Source of the DNA: an uncultured Candidatus Actinomarina sp.
Lineage (GTDB): Bacteria; Actinomycetota; Acidimicrobiia; Actinomarinales; Actinomarinaceae
Length of the DNA: 64,000 bases
Direction of reading: 5' to 3'
NCBI GenBank assembly: GCA_902533795.1
Contig: CACAND010000005.1
Coordinates: forward strand, 847 to 64,846
The notes under the pieces are model-generated. The model ran no database searches and was not told the DNA's origin. It saw only the letters and a list, made by a program, of their open reading frames with translations. Positions 1 through 8,061 of this stretch are shown here, piece after piece. Made by a program: the position numbers and the translations under genes. Within the stretch, counting starts at the first letter, position 1, and the number at the start of each line of letters is the position of its first letter.

Positions 1-177
1 GAAATGTATTCTAAAAACCCATTAGATGTAAATCCAGCTGTAAGTCAACTTTTTATCTCAAACCCTCTGAAGTCATTTTCAGGTTCTGGATTAGGAAAAT
101 TATTCTCTACTCATCCACCAACAAAAGAAAGAGTTAGAAGGCTTAGAGAGGGTGCTAGTGGAATCAGATATAGATAA
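1..177 (+). CDS. C-terminal fragment of HtpX-like M48 heat-shock protease (5' partial)
   Basis: Frame 1 translates ...LGKLFSTHPPTKERVRRLREGASGIRYR*; STHPP...ER motif is the characteristic HtpX C-terminus; stop TAA 175-177. Confidence 0.5.
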   Translation, partial: EMYSKNPLDVNPAVSQLFISNPLKSFSGSGLGKLFSTHPPTKERVRRLREGASGIRYR

Positions 178-517
178 AGAAGAAATCAATTCAGAGATTG
201 AGCCTGAAGATCTTCAGCAAAAACTTGATGATGGTTGGAAGTTAGTTGATGTTAGAGAGGATGACGAGTGGATGTACGGGCATCATTCGAAAGCTGAACA
301 TATAAAAATGGGGGACATTACAGATAAATTAAATTTGTTTGAAAAAAATGAAAAATATGTCATTGTTTGTAGATCAGGGCAAAGATCTGGTAAGGTTTCA
401 GAATTTTTACGAACAAAAGATATAATTTCTTACAATTTACTGGGTGGAATGAAAAAACTATCCAATTTTTCAACAGAAATAATTTCTAGCAATGGAAATC
501 CTGGAACAATCATTTAA
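152..517 (+). CDS. single-domain rhodanese (sulfurtransferase)
   Basis: ORF with rhodanese active-site loop VIVCRSGQRSG; GTG start at 152 (or 158), overlaps upstream stop. Confidence 0.6.
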   Translation: MLVESDIDKEEINSEIEPEDLQQKLDDGWKLVDVREDDEWMYGHHSKAEHIKMGDITDKLNLFEKNEKYVIVCRSGQRSGKVSEFLRTKDIISYNLLGGMKKLSNFSTEIISSNGNPGTII

Positions 518-526
518 AATCAATTT

Positions 527-1483
527 GTGATAGTTTGCATTGGAAACGCACTAGTTGACACGCTTCAGCAAATTGATGAGAATATCATTGAGAAGCTCGA
601 TTTAAACAAAGCTCGAATGACTCTAGTTGATAAAGAGAGATCTAATTTTTTATTAGAAAATATGCCAAACCCTTCATATGCAGCTGGTGGATCCGCTGCA
701 AATACAGCTTATTGGATTTCTGTACTAGGAGGACAGGCAGGCTTTATCGGAAAAGTTTCAAATGATGATTTAGGAAAACAATTTAAATCGAGTTTATCCG
801 AACACGGACTAGAAGATCTTACTGTATACGAAGAAGGAGATGATCAAACTGGACTGTGTGCAATTTTTATAACTCCTGACGGAGAGAGAACAATGAACAC
901 TTATCTTGGTGCAGGAGCACAGCTTTCGATGAGTGACCTAAATGAGCAAGCAATAAATAAATGCAATATATTGTATATGGAAGGTTACCTTTGGGATAGG
1001 TTACCAAGCAAAGAAGCATTTATGTATGCTTCCAATATAAATAAATTATCTGGAGGTAAAAATGCTTTATCACTATCTGATGTTTTTTGTGTTGAAGCGC
1101 ATAGAGATAGCTTTTTAGATTTAATAAAAGAAAATATTGATTACGTTTTTTGTAATGAAGATGAATTGAAAGCTTTAACTTTACAAGATACAGCAGAAAA
1201 ATCTTTTAAATTCTTTGAAGAAAATTTTCCAAAATTAGAACAATTGATTTGCACATTAGGATCAAAAGGCGCAATTGTTCTAAAAGACAATAAAGAATAT
1301 TTCTTTGAAGCTACAGAGGCTAATGTGATAGATAAAACTGGAGCAGGAGATTTCTTTGCTGCTGGCTACCTATATGGATTGCAAAAAAACTTAACTATTG
1401 ATGAGTCTGCAAACTTTGCTAATAAAAGTGCAGCACATGTTATTAGTGAGATTGGCGTTAGGCCAGAAAAAGATTTTTCTTAA
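527..1483 (+). CDS. PfkB-family carbohydrate/nucleoside kinase (adenosine kinase-like)
   Basis: 318 aa; PfkB signature TGAGDFFAAGYLYGL near C-terminus; GTG start. Confidence 0.7.
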   Translation: MIVCIGNALVDTLQQIDENIIEKLDLNKARMTLVDKERSNFLLENMPNPSYAAGGSAANTAYWISVLGGQAGFIGKVSNDDLGKQFKSSLSEHGLEDLTVYEEGDDQTGLCAIFITPDGERTMNTYLGAGAQLSMSDLNEQAINKCNILYMEGYLWDRLPSKEAFMYASNINKLSGGKNALSLSDVFCVEAHRDSFLDLIKENIDYVFCNEDELKALTLQDTAEKSFKFFEENFPKLEQLICTLGSKGAIVLKDNKEYFFEATEANVIDKTGAGDFFAAGYLYGLQKNLTIDESANFANKSAAHVISEIGVRPEKDFS

Positions 1484-2250
1484 TTAGTCCAACCTAAAAG
1501 ATTTAATATTCTTTTTTCCTCAAAATTTTCAAGTTCAAGATTTAATTCTTCAAATTGAACAATTACAGGATCGAATTCTTTATCTTTTGAAAACAATAGA
1601 AGATTATTCTCTGAATCTATTCCAACTATGCTATTTCCATCATGAGACCATTTCAATGATTCGAATCTATAATTTGTTGGAGCTTTTGAACGATATACTT
1701 CTACTGATTCATATCTGGTGTGATAATAAATAGTTATAACTCTTGAGTCATAATCTGATGTCTCCCAAGGGTCTATAAGCTTTTCACCATATATATTCAT
1801 TTTGTCTGACTCTTCAGCAAAATTAGGATTTTTAATTATATCTAATATTTCTCCACTATTTAATTCAATAACTAAACCCATTTCGGTATTGGTTGATTCA
1901 TCCCAATATCTAATTAAGATATCTCGCTCTTCATATAATTGAGCATCAAAAAAATTGATATTGTAACCCAAGTCATATTCGAGATCACTAGTACAAATAA
2001 TTTTTTCCTCTTTTAGTAAATTATTATTTAGGTCTACGGAAAAAATACATTCATCCATAATATCTGGCGCTGGAGGAATAAGATTTTGGCTTTCAATCTC
2101 AACCCTATAAATTATTTTTCCATCAAATTCCGTATTGCTAGTGAGGTTTCCGTATTCTGGTAAAGGAATAACACCAAAAACCCCAACAATTATTGTTGTT
2201 GCAAGGAAAATCATTAAAGAAAGAAATAATGGTAAATTAACTTTATTCAT
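1480..2250 (-). CDS. hypothetical membrane-anchored protein
   Basis: 256 aa ORF, single N-terminal TM helix, acidic soluble domain; 4-nt overlap with convergent kinase stop. Confidence 0.45.
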   Translation of the reverse strand: MNKVNLPLFLSLMIFLATTIIVGVFGVIPLPEYGNLTSNTEFDGKIIYRVEIESQNLIPPAPDIMDECIFSVDLNNNLLKEEKIICTSDLEYDLGYNINFFDAQLYEERDILIRYWDESTNTEMGLVIELNSGEILDIIKNPNFAEESDKMNIYGEKLIDPWETSDYDSRVITIYYHTRYESVEVYRSKAPTNYRFESLKWSHDGNSIVGIDSENNLLLFSKDKEFDPVIVQFEELNLELENFEEKRILNLLGWTN

Positions 2251-2256
2251 AAATCT

Positions 2257-3240
2257 TTAAGGTTTAGTTGTCTTTATATTTGCTCTAATAGAGTTTAGGT
2301 ACAAGCCAACGACCACAAGGACACCTCCTACTAAAAAAAGAATTAATGGTGGCCAGATGTTATCTGGCAATATTTCAGTAATTAGTCTTGGTAAGTTGAT
2401 AACAAGACCTAATCCTCCAATAAAAAAGATAACTTGTTCTGAAAGCTGGATGCTACCCCAAACGTAAAATATAGAACCAAATATAAGAATCAAAATAGTA
2501 ATTATTTCACTATCGATCAAGTCTTCTATAAAAATGATTGAACCTATTGAAACAGTTGTAGTTGATAAAAAATAACCTAGCCAACTTGGCTTGAGCAATG
2601 TTGAATAAGTATTGATACCCCAGACACTTCCAATAGCAATTAGAAAAAGTCCTCCGGCCCATGGCTCAATGTTTGGAAAAATTAAATTTCCAGTAGCTCC
2701 CAAGAAAAAACATAAACAATAAAATAATCCAGCATGTTGGAAAATTAGTTTTGTTCTTTGAAATAAATAAATTGCATATAAGAGAACAAAGAAAGAAACA
2801 ATAACATATAACAATTCTTCACTAACATCTATAAACTCAGTTTCTTGAAGAATATTTAAAGTAAAAGTTATAGTTGCACCAAACGATATATTTGATATTA
2901 AGAATAAAAATGAGCTCACTCTTTCAATAGATTTAAAAATAAATAATTTTCCATCTTCAATCTTTTCGCTATATCCAGCTGCATAGAAAAGAAAATAAGT
3001 AGTTGCAATTAAAAGTCCTAGTTGAGCCCAGTAAGCAAGATTCGTCCACAATAATGGAATTGTGCCTAGAAGACCTGATAAAAGAAACAATCCACCGATT
3101 AATGTTATTGCTCTAGCAACTTTAGATTTTTGGTTTGGATCAGAATTTTCTTCGAAATTAACTATCTCTTCATAAGTTTCTTGATTGATTAAGCCATTAT
3201 CAAGCCATCTTTTTAGTAATTCTCCTACTTTTTTATTCAC
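2257..3240 (-). CDS. polytopic membrane protein (DUF2157-like N-terminus)
   Basis: 327 aa, soluble N-terminal ~40 aa (LLKRWLDNGLINQETYEEI) then ~9 hydrophobic helices; upstream of and co-directional with 1480..2250. Confidence 0.45.
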   Translation of the reverse strand: MNKKVGELLKRWLDNGLINQETYEEIVNFEENSDPNQKSKVARAITLIGGLFLLSGLLGTIPLLWTNLAYWAQLGLLIATTYFLFYAAGYSEKIEDGKLFIFKSIERVSSFLFLISNISFGATITFTLNILQETEFIDVSEELLYVIVSFFVLLYAIYLFQRTKLIFQHAGLFYCLCFFLGATGNLIFPNIEPWAGGLFLIAIGSVWGINTYSTLLKPSWLGYFLSTTTVSIGSIIFIEDLIDSEIITILILIFGSIFYVWGSIQLSEQVIFFIGGLGLVINLPRLITEILPDNIWPPLILFLVGGVLVVVGLYLNSIRANIKTTKP

Positions 3241-3316
3241 AATTTAATCCTAATCAAATTAAATTACCTCTTACGAAAATTCCTATATAATCTAAACTTT
3301 AAAAAGACTAATTATT

Positions 3317-3398
3317 GCCGGGATGCCCGAGCGGCCAAAGGGAGCAGACTGTAAATCTGCCGGCTATGCCTACGTAGGTTCGAATCCTTCTCCCGGCA
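3317..3398 (+). tRNA. tRNA-Tyr (anticodon GTA), long variable arm
   Basis: 7-bp acceptor gccggga/tcccggc, anticodon loop cuGUAaa, variable arm ggctatgcctacgtagg, T-loop ttcgaat. Confidence 0.85.
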
Positions 3399-3401
3399 CT
3401 G

Positions 3402-3474
3402 GCCCTCTTAGCTCAGCTGGTAGAGCACTTCCATGGTAAGGAAGAGGTCTCCGGTTCAAACCCGGAAGAGGGCT
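3402..3474 (+). tRNA. tRNA-Thr (anticodon GGT)
   Basis: acceptor gccctct/agagggc, D-arm gctcagctggtagagc, anticodon loop atGGTaa, T-loop ttcaaac. Confidence 0.85.
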
Positions 3475-3499
3475 CCCAAGTCTATAATTAATTAGGTTT

Positions 3500-3573
3500 G
3501 GCGGCGTAGCTCAGTTGGTAAGAGCGCACGACTCATAATCGTGAGGTCGGCAGTTCAAGTCTGCCCGCCGCTA
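3500..3573 (+). tRNA. tRNA-Met (anticodon CAT), elongator type
   Basis: acceptor ggcggcg/cgccgct, anticodon loop ctCATaa, T-arm ggcag-ttcaagt-ctgcc. Confidence 0.8.
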
Positions 3574-3595
3574 CAAGAAAATAGGAGGAATAGAA

Positions 3596-3757
3596 ATGGC
3601 TTCAGACAAGAGACCACCAATAACATTGGTATGTACTGAAACTGGTGATCATAATTATGTGACTACAAAAAATAAAACTAACACCCCAGATAGACTGGAG
3701 TTAATGAAATATAGTCCAAGATTAAGAAAACACACACTTCATCGAGAAAAAAGATAG
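3596..3757 (+). CDS. rpmG: 50S ribosomal protein L33 (zinc-independent C- form)
   Basis: Not in ORF track (53 aa): [53 protein letters not shown]; SD aggagg 8 nt upstream; only one Cys so no CxxC..CxxC zinc ribbon; position after tRNA-Tyr/Thr/Met as in Actinobacteria. Confidence 0.8.
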   Translation: MASDKRPPITLVCTETGDHNYVTTKNKTNTPDRLELMKYSPRLRKHTLHREKR

Positions 3758-3790
3758 AAAAAGTAATTTTTTACTTTATCCTTAAATAAG

Positions 3791-4375
3791 ATGGAAAATA
3801 TTGCAAAACTTAATCACTTCGGTGAAGAAGTATCAAATTCTGAGCTTGTAAAAAAGTCCCAACTAGGAGACAAAAGCGCTTTTGAAGAGCTTGTTAAAAG
3901 ACACCAAGATTTAGTGTTTTCTCTCTCATTTAAATTGACTGGAAACAGAGAACTTGCAAATGATGTGGCCCAAGAGTCATTCATAAGAGCCTGGAAAGCA
4001 ATTGAAAAATTTAGAGGAGATTCTACATTTGGGACCTGGATATACCGAATAACAGTCAACACGGCATGGACACTAAGAAAAAAAGCAAAAAAACACTACT
4101 CATTAAACATTGAAGATACACAAGAGCCCGTTGTAATAGATGAAAAAAAAGATCCAGAGCTAGTAGCAATTAACTCAGATCTTTCAGTCGTACTTCGAAA
4201 AGCATTAAATCAAATACCCCTTGAGCAAAGGATCATCGTAGAACTTAAAAATATCGAAGGAAGGTCACATAAAGAAATAGCAGATTATCTAGACATCAGT
4301 GTTACTGCTGCAAAAGTCAGACTTCATAGAGCTCACCAAAAGCTAAGAAATATACTTGAGGAGATTGAAGCGTGA
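3791..4375 (+). CDS. ECF (sigma-70 family group 4) RNA polymerase sigma factor
   Basis: 194 aa with sigma-70 region 2 (DVAQESFIRAWKAIEKFRG...FGTWIYRITVN) and region 4 (SHKEIADYLDISVTAAKVRLHRA). Confidence 0.85.
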   Translation: MENIAKLNHFGEEVSNSELVKKSQLGDKSAFEELVKRHQDLVFSLSFKLTGNRELANDVAQESFIRAWKAIEKFRGDSTFGTWIYRITVNTAWTLRKKAKKHYSLNIEDTQEPVVIDEKKDPELVAINSDLSVVLRKALNQIPLEQRIIVELKNIEGRSHKEIADYLDISVTAAKVRLHRAHQKLRNILEEIEA

Positions 4376-4752
4376 GAGAATTATTAGATAGTTTAAAAGA
4401 CAATTTCATATGCAGAAGAAAAAGAAGTCAAATGATGAGAACATATTTAAGTGGTAAGTATTTTCTTTTTGATTCGGACAATCATATTTCCTATTGTCCA
4501 AAATGCCAAGTAGCTGGAAAACGATATAAAGCTTTCAGAGAAGAACTTGAATCTGAGGTAAATAAAGAAGTTGAAGTACCTAGTGATTTTGCCTCCAAAG
4601 TAATTGATTCGCTTGATAAAAAAGTAAAAACAACTACAAATAAGGGTACAAAAATAATACTATTATCTTTAATTGGTTTAATATCATTGTTAATTTTAGT
4701 TTTTGGAATAAAGCGCTCTTCTAACAAGATTGATGATATTGATAAAGATTAG
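4372..4752 (+). CDS. membrane-anchored ZAS-family anti-sigma factor
   Basis: GTGA start/stop overlap with sigma gene; C-x21-HISYCPKC = ZAS HxxxCxxC motif; C-terminal TM helix (IILLSLIGLISLLILVFGI); stop TAG overlaps first 2 nt of tRNA-Trp. Confidence 0.7.
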   Translation: MRELLDSLKDNFICRRKRSQMMRTYLSGKYFLFDSDNHISYCPKCQVAGKRYKAFREELESEVNKEVEVPSDFASKVIDSLDKKVKTTTNKGTKIILLSLIGLISLLILVFGIKRSSNKIDDIDKD

Positions 4753-4824
4753 GGGTGTAGCTCTAACTGGCAGAGCGCCGGTCTCCAAAACCGGAGGTTG
4801 TGAGTTCGAATCTCACCGCCCCTG
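4751..4824 (+). tRNA. tRNA-Trp (anticodon CCA)
   Basis: Near-identical to canonical bacterial tRNA-Trp: aggggtg-ta-gctc...ggtCTCCAAAaccgg...gtgagttcgaatctcac-cgcccct-g. Confidence 0.9.
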
Positions 4825-4838
4825 CTAACGAGGTAATT

Positions 4839-5138
4839 ATGAATGAAATGAATAGAGAAATGAGAAGAATGTCTGAGCGTGAAGAACGCTTGGCAAAAAA
4901 AGCCGATAGAAATATTGGTAAATACAACAGTGAAAAAGTTTCAAGATTTAAAAGAATTTCTAACTATATGGGTGAAGTTAGGACAGAATTAAAGAGAGTA
5001 AATTGGCCCTCAACTCAAATTCTATCGACTTTTACAATCGTAACAATTGTGACAATAATAACGATGACTCTATTAATATTTGGAATGGACTTTGGTTTTA
5101 AAAATACATTAATTAGCATGTTATCTTTTGGAGAATGA
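4839..5138 (+). CDS. secE: preprotein translocase subunit SecE
   Basis: Follows tRNA-Trp as in most bacteria; C-terminal TM helix; ATG at 4839 chosen because the ORF-track start (4800) lies inside the tRNA. Confidence 0.8.
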   Translation: MNEMNREMRRMSEREERLAKKADRNIGKYNSEKVSRFKRISNYMGEVRTELKRVNWPSTQILSTFTIVTIVTIITMTLLIFGMDFGFKNTLISMLSFGE

Positions 5139-5141
5139 TTT

Positions 5142-5762
5142 ATGAGTGAAGATACAGTTGTAGAAGAATTAGAAAATGAAGAAGTAGAGCAAGAACAAGA
5201 AGCACCTCTTCATCCTTATGACCTTCCTGGTGAATGGTTCGTTTTAAATGCACAATCTGGCCATGAAAAAAAAGTTCAAACAAACATATTAACCAGAATA
5301 AAGAATCTTCATCTAGAGGATAATGTTTACGAAGTTGTAATTCCAACAGATGAAGTAGTCGAAATAAGAAATGGAAAAAAAGTAAATATTGAAAAGAAAA
5401 CATTTCCTGGATATGTTCTTGTAAGAATGGATCTAGATGATACTACTTGGTATGAAATCAGAAACACTCCATCAGTAATTGGCTTTGTTGGCTCCGGTAA
5501 AGTACCAATTTCACTTTCAAAAAGAGAAGTAGAAAGAATTTTAGGAACTAATGAAGAAGTAGAAGTTAAAAAAGAAAGTCCAAAATTCAAACCTGACTTT
5601 GAAGTTGGAGAAACAGTAAGAGTTACAACTGGCCCATTTGCTGATTTCAACGGCATAATTGAAGAAATTAATCTTGATCAATCAAAAGTTACAGTTTTAG
5701 TTAATATATTTGGAAGAGAAACACCTGTTGAACTTGGATTTACAGATATAGTTAAGAATTAA
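5142..5762 (+). CDS. nusG: transcription termination/antitermination factor NusG
   Basis: 206 aa, NGN domain plus C-terminal KOW (GETVRVTTGPFADFNGIIEEI); secE-nusG-rplK synteny. Confidence 0.9.
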   Translation: MSEDTVVEELENEEVEQEQEAPLHPYDLPGEWFVLNAQSGHEKKVQTNILTRIKNLHLEDNVYEVVIPTDEVVEIRNGKKVNIEKKTFPGYVLVRMDLDDTTWYEIRNTPSVIGFVGSGKVPISLSKREVERILGTNEEVEVKKESPKFKPDFEVGETVRVTTGPFADFNGIIEEINLDQSKVTVLVNIFGRETPVELGFTDIVKN

Positions 5763-5768
5763 ATCATT

Positions 5769-6194
5769 ATGGCAAAAGAAGTAAAAGCAAAATTAAAATT
5801 ACAGATACCTGGTGGAGGAGCAACTCCTGCACCCCCAGTTGGATCAGCATTGGGGCAATACGGTGTAAATATTATGGATTTTGTTCAAGCATTCAACAAC
5901 GATACTTCAAGCAGGCAAGGTGAAACTGTTCCGGTTGAGATAACTATATTTGAAGATAATTCATTTACCTTTGTAACCAAAACAGCCCCAGCCTCATATT
6001 TAATTAAAAAAGCAATAGGTTTGGAATCAGGATCTCCGGAACCGCATAAAGAAAAAGTTGCTTCAATTACAAGATCTCAACTTGAAACAATTGCTGAAGC
6101 AAAGATGGAAGATCTTAATGCAAATGATTTAGATGCCGCCGTGAAAATTATCGCAGGAACTGCTCGATCAATGGGAGTAACTGTAAAGAATTAA
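5769..6194 (+). CDS. rplK: 50S ribosomal protein L11
   Basis: 141 aa, [30 protein letters not shown] canonical L11 N-terminus. Confidence 0.95.
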   Translation: MAKEVKAKLKLQIPGGGATPAPPVGSALGQYGVNIMDFVQAFNNDTSSRQGETVPVEITIFEDNSFTFVTKTAPASYLIKKAIGLESGSPEPHKEKVASITRSQLETIAEAKMEDLNANDLDAAVKIIAGTARSMGVTVKN

Positions 6195-6235
6195 GATTTT
6201 GGGAGACTAAAGTCGCATGTACCAAAAGGAGAAAT

Positions 6236-6922
6236 ATGACCAATCAAGGTAAAAGATATCAAAATATAAAGAAACAAATCCCTGAAGAAAGACAAGATAT
6301 TTCAGAAGGTTTAAGAATTTGCAAAGAAACAGCAAGTGCAAAATTTGATGAATCCGTAGATGTAGTTTTTTCTTTAAATATTGATACAAAAGATCCAGAA
6401 CAAAACATTCGAACAACAGTCTCTCTCCCTAACGGCTCAGGTAAAACAGTAAGGATTGCAGTTTTTGCTGGTGGAGAAGAGCTCACTGAAGCTGAAAAAG
6501 CTGGAGCAGACATAGTAGGAGGCAAGGATCTTGCAACTAAAGTTAGTTCTGAGGAAAAGCTTGACGTTGATATTGTTATTTCAACTCCTGAAATGATGGC
6601 AGAAGTAGGACAGTTAGGTAAAATTTTAGGACCACAAGGATTGATGCCCAATCCCAAAACTGGAACAGTAACTCCAAATGTAGCAAAAGCCGTAGAAGAT
6701 TTTAAAAAAGGTAAAGTTGAAATAAAAAATGATAAACTTGGAAATATTCACTTAAGTATTGGAAAAGTTTCTTTTGATGAATCAAAACTATTAGAAAATT
6801 TAAATGAAGTAATTGCTGAAGTTAATAAAGCTAAGCCTGCTTCTTCAAAAGGAGAGTTTATTAAATCCATGCACATATCATCTACAATGGGCCCTTCTGT
6901 CCAAATAGATATTAATCAGTAA
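6236..6922 (+). CDS. rplA: 50S ribosomal protein L1
   Basis: 228 aa, position after rplK, L1 fold sequence. Confidence 0.95.
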   Translation: MTNQGKRYQNIKKQIPEERQDISEGLRICKETASAKFDESVDVVFSLNIDTKDPEQNIRTTVSLPNGSGKTVRIAVFAGGEELTEAEKAGADIVGGKDLATKVSSEEKLDVDIVISTPEMMAEVGQLGKILGPQGLMPNPKTGTVTPNVAKAVEDFKKGKVEIKNDKLGNIHLSIGKVSFDESKLLENLNEVIAEVNKAKPASSKGEFIKSMHISSTMGPSVQIDINQ

Positions 6923-6959
6923 TTTATCTCCATTAATATTTAGTTATATATATAATTTA

Positions 6960-7040
6960 ATAACAATTTAAACCAAAGACCGATAGTGGCTTGCCTTAAT
7001 TTCTATCGCAGGTAAAAAGATGGTCCTTGGTTTGCAAGGA
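6960..7040 (+). promoter_or_regulatory. putative L10 (rplJ) autoregulatory leader structure
   Basis: Nested inverted repeats ccaaagacc...ggtccttgg and cgatag...ctatcg directly upstream of rplJ, arrangement expected for the L10(L12)4-binding leader. Confidence 0.35.
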
Positions 7041-7047
7041 TTTTTTT

Positions 7048-7593
7048 ATGGTAAGAAAAGATAAACAAGATAAAGTTAAAGAATTAGAAGATTTATTTAA
7101 AAAAGCCAACACTTTGGTTTTAGCAGAGTATAGAGGGCTTACTGTTAGTCAACAGACACTTCTAAGAAAAAATTTAAAAAATGTAGGGGCTACTTTTAAT
7201 GTAGTAAAAATGAGCCTTGCTAAAAGAGCAGCCACTAAAGCTGGATTTGAAGATATATTAGATTATTTTTCTGGGCCAACGGGAGTAACAGTTATAGAGT
7301 CTGATCCTGTAGAAGCTGCGAAAGTATTAAAAGAATTTTCAGACGAAAATGATTCATTTATTGTTAAAGGTGGTTTGATGGACAACAAGCTTTTAACTAT
7401 TGAACAATTAAATGTTCTAGCTTCTATAGAGTCAAAAGACATTCTTTTAGCAAAAATTGCTGGAGGATTTAATGCCCCGTTAAGCAAACTTGCTTACGCA
7501 CTTAAAGGTCTTACAAACAAAACAAGTTTTGCATTACAGGCACTAATTGAAAAAAAAGAGTCTGGTGAAGAAATTAGTAAAGAGGAGGAATAA
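7048..7593 (+). CDS. rplJ: 50S ribosomal protein L10
   Basis: ATG at 7048 ([20 protein letters not shown]); the TTG at 7027 is an alternative start. Confidence 0.9.
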   Translation: MVRKDKQDKVKELEDLFKKANTLVLAEYRGLTVSQQTLLRKNLKNVGATFNVVKMSLAKRAATKAGFEDILDYFSGPTGVTVIESDPVEAAKVLKEFSDENDSFIVKGGLMDNKLLTIEQLNVLASIESKDILLAKIAGGFNAPLSKLAYALKGLTNKTSFALQALIEKKESGEEISKEEE

Positions 7594-7976
7594 TGGCAAA
7601 AATGACAACAGAAGAAATATTAGGCATTTTTGAAGAAATGTCTGTCTTAGAACTTAAAGAGTTCTTAGATGCTTTTGAAGAAAAATTTGATGTTACAGCG
7701 GCAGCACCAGTTGCAGTTGCTGCAGCTCCAGCTGGCGGAGACGCTTCCGGCGGAGAAGAAGCAAAAGATTCATTTGATGTTGTTTTGGCAGATGCCGGTG
7801 GACAAAAAATACAAGTTATTAAAGAAGTTAGGGGACTAACTAGTCTTGGCTTAAAGGAAGCAAAAGAACTTGTAGATGGAGCTCCATCTGACATTCTCAA
7901 AGGTGCTTCTAAAGAAGATGCTGATAAAGCAAAAGAAGCCTTAGAGGGTGCCGGGGCAACTGTAGAACTTAAATAA
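7593..7976 (+). CDS. rplL: 50S ribosomal protein L7/L12
   Basis: 127 aa, Ala-rich hinge ([14 protein letters not shown]) and conserved C-terminal domain ending GATVELK. Confidence 0.95.
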   Translation: MAKMTTEEILGIFEEMSVLELKEFLDAFEEKFDVTAAAPVAVAAAPAGGDASGGEEAKDSFDVVLADAGGQKIQVIKEVRGLTSLGLKEAKELVDGAPSDILKGASKEDADKAKEALEGAGATVELK

Positions 7977-8061
7977 ATTTAACTTATTTGTTTACTTAAA
8001 TATTTAGTAACTATATAATATATCTTTCGGATATCATTTTTACATTTTTTGAGGAGGCTTA

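Noticed and set aside
3814-4062. Antisense/alternate-frame ORFs from the six-frame track nested inside confident genes (e.g. 3814-4062, 4491-4727, 5140-5403, 5327-5656, 6207-6657, 7263-7900, 8729-8989, 9593-9886, 10077-10343, 11549-11959, 13658-14227, 16181-16363, 16354-16614, 17306-17497, 18446-18862, 19036-19791, 20910-21339, 21505-21732, 22015-22460, 23341-23945, 24360-24817, 25394-25911, 26056-26262, 26622-26897, 30139-30444, 31520-32299, 33705-33992, 37000-37773, 38615-38968, 44140-45898, 46975-47537, 48045-48983, 49720-49935, 50327-50702, 50921-51279, 51880-52257, 54042-54407, 59137-59340, 61054-61356, 62384-62641, 63398-63685)
   Set aside because: Each lies wholly inside a strongly supported conserved gene on the opposite strand or another frame. 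In an AT-rich genome such ORFs arise by chance (Lys/Leu/Ile/Phe/Ser-rich low-complexity translations) and none has recognisable motifs.
6195-6235. Possible L1-binding regulatory site between rplK and rplA
   Set aside because: Only 41 nt with no convincing stem mimicking the 23S L1 site; cannot be supported by eye.
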